NCBI RefSeq assembly: GCF_006345805.1
Contig: NW_021836134.1
Location: 335,440 to 399,439, forward strand
Length of the DNA: 64,000 bases
From: Octopus sinensis
Lineage: Eukaryota
Direction of reading: 5' to 3'
This document shows, piece by piece, positions 10,760 to 22,933 of the stretch. Below the pieces are notes generated by a model. It ran no database searches. It was not told the origin of the DNA and worked only from the letters and a program-made list of their open reading frames with translations. Within the stretch, counting starts at the first letter, position 1. Each line of letters begins with the position of its first letter. The translations under genes and the position numbers were made by a program.

Positions 10760-11531
10760 AAATTTTTAAAGTTTTTTTGTTATTTTCTTTTTTTTATTTT
10801 TAAAAATTTTTTTTTTATTTTATGAATTTTTTTTTGTGTGTTTTATTTTTTTTTATTTTTTGTTTTTTATTGTGTTTTTATTTTATTTTTTATATTTTTT
10901 TTCTTTTTTTGTGTTTTATTTTCTTTTTTTTATTTAAATTTTTTGTTTTATTTTTTAATTTTTTTCTTTTTTGGTGTTTTAGTTTCTTTTTTTTATTTAA
11001 ATTTTTTGTTTTATTTTTTAATTTTTTTCTTTTTTGGTGTTTTAGTTTCTTTTTTTTATTTAAATTTTTTGTTTTATTTTTTAATTTTTTTCTTTTTTGG
11101 TGTTTTAGTTTCTTTTTTTTATTTAAATTTTTTGTTTTATTTTTTAATTTTTTTCTTTTTTTGTGTTTTATTTTCTTTTTTTTTTATTTTTTAACTTTTT
11201 TTTTTATTTTTTTTTTTTTGTTTTTATTTTCTTATTTTTTGATTTTTTTGTGTTTTATTTTTTTTAACTTTTTTTTTATTTTTTAATTTTTTTTGTTTTT
11301 ATTTTCTTATTTTTTGATTTTTTTGGGTTTTATTTTCTTTTTTTATGTTTTAAATTTTTTTTATTTTATGTTTTAAATTTTTTTTCTTTTTTTTATTTTT
11401 AACTTTTTTTGTATTTTTTGATTTTTTTTGTTTTTTATTTTCTTAGTTTTTGCTTTTTTGTGTTTTTATTTTCTTTTTTTATTTTTAAAATTTTTTTTCT
11501 TTTTTTTTGTGTTTTATTTTTCCTTTTTTTA
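10760..11531 (+). repeat. T-rich tract with four 63-bp units
   Basis: TATTTAAATT recurs at 10931, 10994, 11057, 11120. Confidence 0.9.
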
Positions 11532-11658
11532 GAATAGAATAGAATAGAATAGTGTTTATTGAGCGAAAAGAAAAAGAAAAACAAGGAAGAAAAACATCGG
11601 CGGGGAGATAAAAACAAGGCACCGAAGTGTCTCTTTCCATGCGTATCCCCAATACTAG

Positions 11659-14256
11659 TCATGTTTGACGACAATTCTCCAAGACCATCCGGATCGTGGG
11701 CACAGAGGATTCTTGTGAGTCTTTTAGCCTTCCGTCAAGTTGTACTCCGTAAGCCAATTTCATAGCGAAACGTCTTGTCTTTTCCAACTGTTCGATCAGG
11801 TAGTCACTCTCCTCCGTACCGTACCAGCCCTCGTAGCCATATGTGAGGACTGGCTGCACACACGTTTTGTATACGTAGATGTACGTTTCCGGATCCAGAT
11901 GGAACCTGGTTAAGCTTTTGAGGATCCTCACACTCCTCTTTCTCTGATTTGCTATATGCTCTACGTACGAGCCACGACAGTTAATGGTTGCTCCCAGGTA
12001 AGAAAGATTTTTTCTTTTCGAGAGATCCATCACATAGCTACTCATCGCATATGCACAAGACTCCGCATAGCGACTCCCTCTCCGCAACCATGAAATGGTG
12101 CTCTTCTCCGGTGCTAGGGTCAAACCCTTCTCTATAGTCCACATCTTTAGCGTTGCAATGTATGATTTCAGTCGTCTCCAAGACTGCGATATCCTTTTCG
12201 AGGTATCCATGACCAGGATATCGTCAGCATAGATAACGAGCTTGCCAGTACGTGTCGACGGCAGAGGAATGTCCGCCAAGAAGAGGTTGAACAGAAGTGG
12301 ACTCAAGATAGATCCCTGCGGGACTCCCCTTCTAAGTTCCACACACCCCGATAGGCGGTTTCCACAGCGGACAAATGATTGTCTTCCTGACAAGAAGCTC
12401 TCCAGCCATCGATAGGTCTTTATCCCGGCTCCGATGTCATGGATTCTGGAGAGTAGGCCCAGGTGCCACACGCTATCGAAGGCTTTGGCCAGATCCAGAC
12501 ACACCACAGTTAGCCATGCTTCATTTCTGTCAGCACGGGATAATTGGTGCTCTAACTCCCTGAGGCAGTCCCCTGTGGATCTTCCTCCACGAAATCCCCA
12601 TTGTTCAGGTAAAAGCAAATTTTGTGATTCTATATGACCAGAGAGTCTGTTAAAGACAATCTTTTCCATTGTCTTAGAGAAAGCACAAATGAGGCTAATT
12701 GGCCGGTAGTTCTGTGCCAGCAGTGTCGATTTACCAGATTTTGGAATCATTCGAACAATCGTATGCTTCCACGCCGATGGAAGGTGTCCGAACGTCCAGC
12801 TGGCGTGAAACAACATAGTCAATGCTCGTATCAAGATTTCAGGGGCCTTCTTTAACAACTTCGGAGGGATGTAGTCGAAGCCAGGCGCCTTGTTCTTCAA
12901 CCCAGCAATTGCCCTTTCAACCTCTTCCTGTGTTATCGCCCCACATAATGGTCCCTCCGATAATTGCGAAGAGCCAAGCTTCTTCACAATTCGGTCATAA
13001 GTCCCTCGTGGAACGGTAGATTCGACCTCTTGAACCTTACTCAGTTGGTTCCTGAGTACTTCCGGGATACGATCAGAGGAGATATATTTCCCGTCTGGTT
13101 CTTTTAGTGAAATTTCAAATCCTTTGGCATCATTTCTGGTAAGGCGTTGATATGCTTTCCAGAAATTAGGGTTTCGCTTATCCAGTTTTCTGCATTCAGA
13201 CCTCCATTTACTTTCGACCTCAGTCTTGGCCATTTTTGCAATAGTAGATTTTATCTTGTCGATCTCCAATTTCAGGCGGCATTTGATTGACTCAACCCGA
13301 CATCTTCTCCTGCGATTTTCCAGGGTACCTTTCGTTCTGATCAGAGTGACAAGTTTCGAATTCATCCGCTTTTGCGTTCCTTTGGGTTTCCATACATTTT
13401 TTAATGCATAAACATCCAGGAATTTTATGATTGACGATCTAAGGTGATCATCGAGATTGTCAATATCATCTCTGCTTCTCAGAGGCTGGGACACGACATT
13501 TCGAAGAGAATCCCGCATATATGATTCGAATAAACTCCAGTTCATGTTCACGAGGTTGTAACCAATGAACAAGTCCTCCGTAACATTCATAGTCATCTTT
13601 ATCAACATCGTTTGCGGCACGTGGTCAGAGCCAATGTCCGCTTCCAACCTCGGTATGTAACATAAAGGACTAATTGATGCCGAGCATAGAAAGAGACCCA
13701 AGCGATCAGCCCTGCCTCTGTCTGCATAATGATTCAGTTCTTCCGATGTAAAGACCGAAAAACCCAAGCTACTGGCCAAGTCCTCAAGGACAGTTCCATC
13801 CATATTCGTAGTTTCACATCCATAACTCACATTTTTGGCATTAAGATCTCCTGCTAGGATTGACAGGCAATTTTCCTCAAAGAACGTCCCAATAACGTTT
13901 GAATAGCGCCTTAGCGACTTTGAGTACATTCCCCCGACGGTTAGCCAGCCAGCAGTCGTGTGCAGCTCGAGCACAATAAGTTCACAGAGTGACTCCTCCA
14001 CAATTCTGATGTTTCTTACCTTAAGGTTCGCCCTGTAGTAGACTGAGGTTCCTGTCCCCGCCACTGAGTTTATTTTCCATGGTATATTAATAGACTTATA
14101 GCCTTCGAATTCCACCCTCGTAGCTTCCTTCAGCTTAGTCTCATTGATAATCAATATGTGAGACTTCGCTGTGGCCAGCAGGAGCCTCAGCTCCGATGCC
14201 CGTCTCGCAAGCGAGCGGGCATTTAGAATTGTCAGAGCAAGGAATCCTTCCGACAT
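11659..14256 (-). CDS. LINE ORF2: AP endonuclease plus reverse transcriptase, no RNase H
   Basis: 865 aa; GDLNAK, SDH, KAPGFD, YRPISL, QWGFR, LDLAKAFDSV, GVPQGSILSPLLF, YADD. Confidence 0.96.
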   Translation of the reverse strand: MSEGFLALTILNARSLARRASELRLLLATAKSHILIINETKLKEATRVEFEGYKSINIPWKINSVAGTGTSVYYRANLKVRNIRIVEESLCELIVLELHTTAGWLTVGGMYSKSLRRYSNVIGTFFEENCLSILAGDLNAKNVSYGCETTNMDGTVLEDLASSLGFSVFTSEELNHYADRGRADRLGLFLCSASISPLCYIPRLEADIGSDHVPQTMLIKMTMNVTEDLFIGYNLVNMNWSLFESYMRDSLRNVVSQPLRSRDDIDNLDDHLRSSIIKFLDVYALKNVWKPKGTQKRMNSKLVTLIRTKGTLENRRRRCRVESIKCRLKLEIDKIKSTIAKMAKTEVESKWRSECRKLDKRNPNFWKAYQRLTRNDAKGFEISLKEPDGKYISSDRIPEVLRNQLSKVQEVESTVPRGTYDRIVKKLGSSQLSEGPLCGAITQEEVERAIAGLKNKAPGFDYIPPKLLKKAPEILIRALTMLFHASWTFGHLPSAWKHTIVRMIPKSGKSTLLAQNYRPISLICAFSKTMEKIVFNRLSGHIESQNLLLPEQWGFRGGRSTGDCLRELEHQLSRADRNEAWLTVVCLDLAKAFDSVWHLGLLSRIHDIGAGIKTYRWLESFLSGRQSFVRCGNRLSGCVELRRGVPQGSILSPLLFNLFLADIPLPSTRTGKLVIYADDILVMDTSKRISQSWRRLKSYIATLKMWTIEKGLTLAPEKSTISWLRRGSRYAESCAYAMSSYVMDLSKRKNLSYLGATINCRGSYVEHIANQRKRSVRILKSLTRFHLDPETYIYVYKTCVQPVLTYGYEGWYGTEESDYLIEQLEKTRRFAMKLAYGVQLDGRLKDSQESSVPTIRMVLENCRQT

Positions 14257-15413
14257 GGGTGGCTGACCTCCCGTGGGAGCGCCACCTTTTTCGGTAAAGG
14301 GGGTCTGCCTGCTTTCCGTTTGCCACCGGTTTCAGCCGGCTCTGGAGGCGTCCCATCGTCCTCCAGCCGGGCTTCAGGGCTTGGCAGCTGAACTCCAGAT
14401 TTTGCTACTGCAGTTTTCTTCACTGCTCTCGCCTTCGGGGCGGCGGGTTTTGTTTCTGGGCATGGGTCCGTTTGAATTCCCGTGTTAATGAAGCAGGTCT
14501 GACTTCCGGATTCGATCAAGTTCTTGACGATAACGTCAGTTTGAACACCAATATCGCATTTCGGATTAAGTAACTTCTTCGACCAAGACATTTGTATGCC
14601 AGACATTTGTATTGCATTTACACGATTTCTCTTAGTGGGAGTCACTTCCAGTTTCTTCTTTGTCGATTGTTTCGCCACCGGACAGCCCAACCAGTTCGCC
14701 CGGTGTCCATGTGATCCGCAGTTGATGCACGGGAGTTTGACGTGTGTTCCGATCGTACATTGGGTGCGATCGTGTGCATCACCACACAACAAACAGCGCA
14801 CTGTCTCTTTACAGTATAACGAGATGTGTCCAAATTTGTAACATCGATAGCATTGCCTCTCGGGATTTTTGTACCAGGTAAAACGGATTTGGTTGAAGCC
14901 AATTTTAAGACCTAGGGTGATCAACGACTGTGCTTCGTTTCTGTCCTGGATAGTAAGCTTGCCAAGTGGCAGATTTTTCCCATTTTTACTAAATCTTTCC
15001 AGTTTGAACCCTGGGGATAGCACTTTCGACAAAAGCCTGTGTAGATCCTCGTTATCAACCCAAAAAGGTAGATTCCTCATCATTAAGGTCGAATCCCTGG
15101 GTGTTCGGTGCTCTATTGTGTGCCCATTGTCACCAAAAGGAAGCTTCATTTCCCAATCGTTTTTAAAAGACTCGAAATCCCGTTCCGAATTAAAGACAAG
15201 TTCGTATGAGCCATCAAAGCGACGGGAGATTCTCGCCTTGAGGGCAGTTTTCGAATTACAGATGATGTTGGCAACCTCAATTGAATCAAAAGAGGTGTTT
15301 GACACACGTACAATTATCGACACTTTCCGATTTTCTTTTTCTTGTTTGAAATTAACATTAATTTTGCTATTTTCAATTTTGCTATTTGCACAACCAGAAA
15401 CGAAACGCACCAT
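14232..15413 (-). CDS. LINE ORF1 gag-like protein with three CCHC knuckles, copy B
   Basis: 393 aa, three zinc knuckles, directly upstream of ORF2. Confidence 0.93.
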   Translation of the reverse strand: MVRFVSGCANSKIENSKINVNFKQEKENRKVSIIVRVSNTSFDSIEVANIICNSKTALKARISRRFDGSYELVFNSERDFESFKNDWEMKLPFGDNGHTIEHRTPRDSTLMMRNLPFWVDNEDLHRLLSKVLSPGFKLERFSKNGKNLPLGKLTIQDRNEAQSLITLGLKIGFNQIRFTWYKNPERQCYRCYKFGHISLYCKETVRCLLCGDAHDRTQCTIGTHVKLPCINCGSHGHRANWLGCPVAKQSTKKKLEVTPTKRNRVNAIQMSGIQMSWSKKLLNPKCDIGVQTDVIVKNLIESGSQTCFINTGIQTDPCPETKPAAPKARAVKKTAVAKSGVQLPSPEARLEDDGTPPEPAETGGKRKAGRPPLPKKVALPREVSHPCRKDSLL

Positions 15414-15415
15414 GC

Positions 15416-17870
15416 TTTCCTTTTTTTATTTTTCGATTTTTTGTTTTTTATTTTCTTTTTTTGTCTTTTGCGGTGTTTTATTTTATTTTTGATTTTTTAA
15501 CTTTTTTTTGATTTTTTTCTTATTTTTTGTTTTTTTATTGTGTTTTTATTTTTTAATTTTTTTTATTTTTTGATTTTTTAACTTTTTTTTGAATTTTTTC
15601 TTATTTTTGTTTTTTATTGTGTTTTTATTTTCTTTTTTTATTTTTTTAATTTTTTTTTCCTTTTTCATTTATTTTTTAAATTTTTTTTTTATTTTTGAAT
15701 TTTTTTTTGTTTTTATTTTTTATTTTTTGTTTTTTTTATTTTTTGTTTTTTATTGTGTTTTTATTTTTTTATTCTTTTTTTTGTGTTTTATTTTCTTTTT
15801 TTGATTTTTTTGTTTTATTTTCTTTTTTTATTTTTTAGTTTTTTAATTTTTTGATTTTTATTGTGTTTTTATTTTATTTTTTTATTTTTTAAAAGTTTTT
15901 TTATTTTTTAATTTTTTTTTATTGTTAATTTTTTTTTATTTTTAAATTTTTTTTTATTTTTAATTTTTTTTCTTTTTTTGTCTTTTAGTTTCTTTTTTTT
16001 ATTTATTAAGTTTTTTTTTCTTTTTTGTTTATTTTCTTTTTTAATTTTTTAAGTTTTTTTTTTTTTTTTTTTATTTTCTTTTTTTTGGGCTTTATTTTCT
16101 TTTTTTTATTTGTTAACTTTTTATATTTGATTTTTTCGTGTTTCTTTGTAATTTCCTTTTTTTTCTTTTTTTATTTGGGTGAGATGGGGGGAAATGCGGA
16201 AATGCGGCAGGCAGAGATGCGGCAGGCGGAAATGCGGCAGGCAGAGATGCGGCAGGCAGAGATGCGGCAGGCAGAGATGCGGCAGGCAGAGATGCGGCAG
16301 GCAGAGATGCGGCAGGTAGAGATGCGGCAGGCAAGAAAGCGACAGGCAAGAAAGCGACAGGCAAGAAAGCGACAGGCAAGAAAGCGACAGGCAAGAAAGC
16401 GACAGGCAAGAAAGCGACAGGCAAGAAAGCGACAGGCAAGAAAGCGACAGGCAAGAAAGCGACAGGCAAGAAAGCGACACATAAAAAAGCGACAGGCAAG
16501 AAAGCGACAGGCAAGAAAGCGACACACAAAAAAGCGACAGGCAAGAAAGCGACACACAAAAAAGATTTGATTAATTACCTTATTAAGCTGACCGTTTTTT
16601 CTTCAGCTTCGTTTTTCCTCCTTCGGTTATCTATTAAAAAAATTATTTTTGAATAATAAAAAAGTTTAGGATAAGAGGCATACCGAAAATAAATTCTATC
16701 TTTACGAAAAACTTCTTTTCTTAAGGTCGTCTTCCCTCCTTCGGTTATCTATTGAAAAAATTATTTTTGAATAATAAAAAAGTTTAGGAAAAGAGGCATA
16801 CCGAAAATAAATTCTATCTTTACGAAAAACTTAACTAAATAGTTAATATTTTTACGCAAATTCTTCTGATTGCGCTGTCAATGGGTGGTAAATTGTGTTA
16901 ATGATTGTCCTAATGTGGTTTCAACTATCAAAGTGTTTTTCAAAATCTGTTAATTGCACACTCTATTCAAGGTCGTGCGTCAATTTGTGGTAAATTGTGT
17001 TAATGATTGTGCTAATTGGTTTCAACTATCAAAGTGGTTTTTCAAAATCTGTTAATTGCACACTCTATGATAATAGCTTTAATTTTGATTCATGGTCGTT
17101 AATGATATATGCATTTAATTTTAAAGAGAAAAACATAGGATGAATTGAATTTCTTTATCGCGAATAATTGGGAGTTCATCATTGTTAATATTCTCGCTGT
17201 CGTTTTCATCAAGGATATTCTTAATACGTGAGATTTTTGCCTGGAAAGTTTTAATGGACCTCATCATGAATGTCGAGGACATCGTAGTTATTCATTTTAA
17301 CCAAAATGCAGAAAATTTTTTTTTAATTTTTTTGGGGGGGAAGGTTTTAAGGACCTCATCATGTAAGTCGAGGACATCGTAGTTGTTCATTTTAACCAAA
17401 ATGCAGAAAATTTTTTTTTGATTTTTTTGGGGGGAAGGTTTTAAGGACCTCATCATGTAAGTCGAGGACATCGTAGTTATTCATTTTAACCAAAATGCAG
17501 AAAATTTTTTTTTAATTTTTTTGGGGGGAAGGTTTTAAGGACCTCATCATGTAAGTCGAGGACATCGTAGTTGTTCATTTTAACCAAAATGCAGAAAATT
17601 TTTTTTTTAATTTTTTTTGAGGGGGGAAGGTTTTAAGGACCTCATCATGTAAGTCGAGGACATCGTAGTTGTTCATTTTGACCAAAACGCAGAAAAATTT
17701 TTTTTAATTTTTTTTGGGGGGAAGGTTTTAAGGACCTCATCATGTAAGTCGAGGACATCGTATTGCCAATTTGAAGTTGGTGTGCACACACAGACAGACA
17801 GACAGACAGACAGACACACAGACAGACAGACAGACAGACAGACACACACCATACCATTTTATTATTAAGA
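15416..17870 (-). mobile_element. Helitron-like element, 5' portion, copy B (T tract, 15-bp array ~16195-16563, 93-bp array ~17255-17765)
   Basis: A|TC 5' end at 17870; same modules as 2004-4437; 15-bp array one unit longer. Confidence 0.68.
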
Positions 17871-20800
17871 TTTGTTGCTAAGTTATCCAAACTTTGTTTT
17901 ACCTAAAATTTAGAAAAACTTTTTTTAACATAGTAATAACATAATAAACTAACCACGTGATCCCGATTCACTTCACAAAGGACCTCATCTTTCACGGTAA
18001 TCTTCCCACTAGTCACAAAAAATCGGAACGAATGAATGGTTGGTTGCAAGGACATAGCCCGGCAATCTGAAGTTCAGCTTAATCAGATTTTCCAAACGAG
18101 CCGCCCCGGAACCTTTGTTTCCATTTGACCAATGTTTGGCTTATTTGCACGCCCTTAATTGAGCCTTCTCGGTTTTCCTCCTGTTTGATAAATAAGGTTC
18201 CCGTAAACCACAAGCATAGGAAAAACATGGTTTGATGTATTGAAGATATATGTTTGTGAAGACCGGGTGAGAACTACTCTTCCATAATCCCAATAAGGTT
18301 TCAACAAGTTCATTTATTTTTCGCATTTCATAAGTATTTTATCTAAATTTTGAGAAAAGCAGAAATCTATATCATTACTCACTTGTAAAATCCTCTGCAT
18401 TTTTCACTGTTTTCTTATTGTCTCCTGAATCTTAGGCATAATCTCAAGATTTTAAAAAATGTAAATCATTAGCTGAATGAGCGAGAACTCTTTTTTTCAT
18501 TCAAAAGTCGGAGCGAAGATCCAATAAATGCAAAAATTGGTAATAAAAAATCACCTTAGTTAAGTTAGTTAATTAATCCACTTTCGCGCTACCAATAGAT
18601 CGTCAGCGTCCGTCAATCAACCCCTGATGACAGCATAATCCTCCGAAAGTGTCTTGGGAAGACATCCTCCTGGACGTCCTCTATAAGTTGGATATTCAAA
18701 AAATCACTTTTGAGGACATTATTTTCTTAACATTTATTTCAAAAATGTAAATAAAAATTCAAAAAATTCAATTTTAAAATTTCATTATAAAAAGTTTATT
18801 TACAACAAAAAACAAAATAAGAATTTAAATCAAGAAAATTTGGTGTGTATCTTCTGCTTGTTTCAACAAATTTAGATACAGCATTAATTTATACGTCAAT
18901 TTCGTAGGTTATCAATTAAAAAAAGTACTGAGATTTTAAACATTTTAACTAAATGAGTTCAAAATTTCGAAAAATTATTTATGAGCTGATAACGGTATGT
19001 TTGAAGTTTTACAAAATATCAAATCAACAAATAATATTCCTTGTGTTCCTTAATATCTTCAAAGTTTTATGCTACTATAAAATCAGAAATGAAATCAGTG
19101 TACGATTTAACAAAAACTGGATTAAGCATGGATTGCTGAATCAAAAAAAGTTCAGATGATTGTTGAAGGAGAAACGAGTTAGTACAAACTTGCGGGAAAT
19201 GCTATGTCAAAAACATTGAGGATGTTGGCAGTAGCTATCGCTGAAATTAACTCTGCTTTAAAGGAGATCCAAATGGCATTCGAAATTGTCTAAGCTCAAG
19301 GTTTATCAGGACTTTTCCGTTTTTACATTTTTCGACGGGTTCTTCGGACAGGATTAGGAAACAATTTCTTCCGATTCTGTTTCAGTAAAAACCACATTTT
19401 TAGAGGTCTCTCTTTTTGGATTCCATTCGTTTTGTTGTAGATTAGTTCAATAGTTGAGTGGTTTGTTTCTTTGACTATTCAGGAGGTTTTTAGAAAAAAG
19501 TTAAGATTTAGAATCAATAATGTGCAAAGAGAATAAATTGACTGTTTTTAGGAAAATGGCAATTGAAATTCTTTGTAGGAATCATGATGATTCACTTTGC
19601 TCACATTTACGCGAAGAAATCCTACTTCTGAGGTCATAGATAAAATTTCCTGCATCTCCAAAGACTTCAACTAAGACGGGAGCAAAAAATGATGATATGA
19701 GAGAGTTTGATATTTGTCGATTTTCACACGCTCCCTGCGTGCGCAAGGAATTCGGCCGAAGAGATAATTTTCAACACAAAAAACTTGCCTTTGTAGATCG
19801 CATCCCACACAAGTGACATACCTTTTTAGAATAGGAAGATTGTCTTTTGTCATCACCTTAATGATAACTATAAACTATTCTTCATTATTTATTATTACTG
19901 GAGAATTCGTAGTTGTGAAGTTTAATATCGAATGAATTTTCTCTTCAATACGAAGAAAAAAAAATTGACTGAGGACCTAATCATTTATAGAGTTTTAGTA
20001 ATTTGTCTTTAAGAAACTAAGCTCAACAAGGATTTCGATGAGATTATCTTAGTTCAATATTTTATTTATTTGGGTTAACATTACTCAATTTAGCTATCAT
20101 TAATTGATGTTTCTTCATATAAGACAACTAGTCCGCTTACCGATCACGTCTCGACACCTCTCCTAATATTATTATAGTAAGAAAGAAAGCTGACTCCTCT
20201 GGCAGGTCAACTGACAGTCAAAATTACTCTTTCCTAAGGATAAGATTATTTTCTTTTGCAATTTGTTGTTGTCAACCTTAATGCAATGCATGTGATAGCG
20301 ATCATGCTCGCCAACGTTTCTTGATTGTCACTAATTGGATGTATCCATTAGTCCAGATATTTATAATTAATTTTTTATGTAGAACTAGAACTTGGTCACT
20401 ATTCTATCCTATGTAAATACGACAAGGACTATTGTGACTGTGCCAAATTGTCCAGCAAGTAGATTATACTTGTAAAATTTATCTACTTCGACTTGCTTTA
20501 AGTTGTCTTTAAATGTAAACACGACTTCAAATATTGTTATCTAATTTTGTATTTTATGAAACACATTGGCTTGTTTTCAAGGCCATGTCTACTTTCGTGT
20601 CAACAGGACTATTTGCCACGATCACTAACCTACCTAAATAATACATATAAATCTCATGTTTTTTTAAATGAAGGAATTTCCAGTCCTGATTAATGCGATT
20701 CTTAAATGGGAAGACGACCACATTGCATCAAAAAGCTTGCATGATGGAAATGATGGCATCATATCGAACTAATGGGATGTCTATTTTTTTAATAACTACT

Positions 20801-22933
20801 GATATAATATCAATAATATAAAATTCAGGTATAAAAATTTATTCTAATATAACATGTTATCCGGCATCGGTAAGTAAGAGTCATCCTTATATCAGAATCA
20901 TGACTGACTTAAGAATCATCATCTGCCATAAAATCAATTTAACAAATAGACGTCAATTGTATATAACTTTAGCTAGACTATTTAATTTAGATTCTCAGTC
21001 CCGATTATTGGAAATATCTTTCCTTCTCTTAAATAATTACAATAAAATAGCAACACAAGCGGGATAACTTTACTAACGTTATTTTGCGGTGTGCTTATTA
21101 ATAATAAATAACAGAACAAATAATTAAGCACGTTAAAAAATAGACAAATGTATTATTTAATCAAATTTTAAAAATATTACTAAACACGTTTAAAAAAAAT
21201 TATATAATTTAACTTTAAATAGGAAACACAGAAACTAGACAGTCATTTCTTGGATCCTAAACTGGAATGTATAAAAGATGCACCTCCCTAGCAACAGGAG
21301 AGAGACTCCTATTCAGAAACTAGGGTAGTGTTGAGATCCTAACACCAGTGATGTTGGCAAGCTTTGTGAAATATTAGCTAAAACGAACTTGTACAAAACA
21401 GAAGTACAAAATTCTAAACTTATTTTTTTCAGAGATCAGCTACAACTAATTCTTTTTTCGCGAAGTCGATCAAAAATGCCGTCCCGAATCCTCTATAAGA
21501 GAGAAAGAACCACGTCAATCTTGGAGGAGATTCTAGAGGCCAAATTGAATATGTTTTGTCACATCCTCCGGATAGATATGAATGCCCGCACAAACTCAGC
21601 GCCATGTAGGATCACTTTTCTTTGGACGCAATACATTTCAGAGGCTGATCAAAGACAACAGTGTCGTCTGTCCTTCACGAGGACTTCAAAAATTGAGAAG
21701 CGCCTTAAGGATAAGAGTTACGCAATCTGGCTCAGAATATAACAAAACATAGAAAGGTGACTTCACATGCCTATTGTGCTTCACGTGCTTTGTCATTATA
21801 GTTTGTTGTTGTTTTTTGCTGACATCGCGTAGTGCTATTAAGAATATGCATTCAGCTCAAAAGGAATTGAAAAAACTTATTTAGTGAGCATGATTTACAT
21901 AAATAATTTCAATATGTTTCAATTATAATTTTTTGAGAAATTTATTAATGACCAAAGGACCAGGGTAAACCTGTTAATTATAATTCCCATGATCCTCGAT
22001 GCACTTCGCAAGAGACGGAGATCCTTCGGAAAGGTTCGATCGACCTGTGAAAAAGATTTCCCTTGGGATCAGATTTCTACAAGTTCTTTTTCGGTAGGGA
22101 TTAGGTGCCCTCTGAGCGTTTTCATATCCAATTGAAGTTCCAACTAACATGGTAAACCACATTACGCCACGCTGAGATCCGGCAGGTAGGAGATTCCCAT
22201 TCACAGGACTCGTCGCCTCACGTTAATTCTACATAAACTGTCGTTTATTTCCTCTTCATACATTTAACAATGGTATGATAGATAAGCATTATATACTTTA
22301 AAATCAATAATTTCAATCTGACTGTGATAAACGGGTGTACCAATTTTATCAGAATTATGAAGTTTCTTAATTTTTAAATGATTTCTATTAAGTTACTTGA
22401 ACAAGCTGGCTTTTTTTACAACTCTCGGTCGCTGTGCTCAACGGAAATACGCACCCCGGGGTTGTTAAGCTGACTCTTAGGCTCTCGATTATTCTCTTAG
22501 CTACTTACCTAGCTAGCATCTAATTTTGTTTTTGATTTTATGATTTATCCCAAAAAGAAATTATTTGAAATAATCTAATAGTCAATCATTTATACAATTT
22601 TAATACAATTGATAATTAATTTTCCGACCATTATTCTAAGAGTTATTAATAATTCAATTGGCAATTTGTTAATCTACATTTTGTTAATGATAAAATAGAT
22701 TAAATAAAAACCAATTTTTTCAATAAAAAACTATATTTGCTGACTCATAGACGTATTTTTCAAATGAACTAAATATCTGTAGAAATTTTTTTTCTTAAAT
22801 AAAAATACATTAAATAGAAAAATGATAATGGTCAAATTCTTTTCATCATTAATTAATCATTTGTGGGTAATATTAAAAAAATTAAATGTTAAATTATCGT
22901 TAGAAAAATCGAGATAATCAAATTAGAATTAGA

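Larger units (their letters stand above)
11532..15415 (-). mobile_element. ORF-intact I/Jockey-group LINE, copy B (~3.9 kb)
   Basis: 13-bp TSD TTTCCTTTTTTTA (11519-11531, 15416-15428); AATAAA (11555-11560) followed by a (TATTC)4 tail; ORF1 and ORF2 overlap by 25 nt. Confidence 0.95.

Noticed and set aside
1-17870. HeT-A/TART-like telomeric LINE array
   Set aside because: Copies are separated by ~9 kb including host-gene sequence, share one TSD junction, and arose by segmental duplication.
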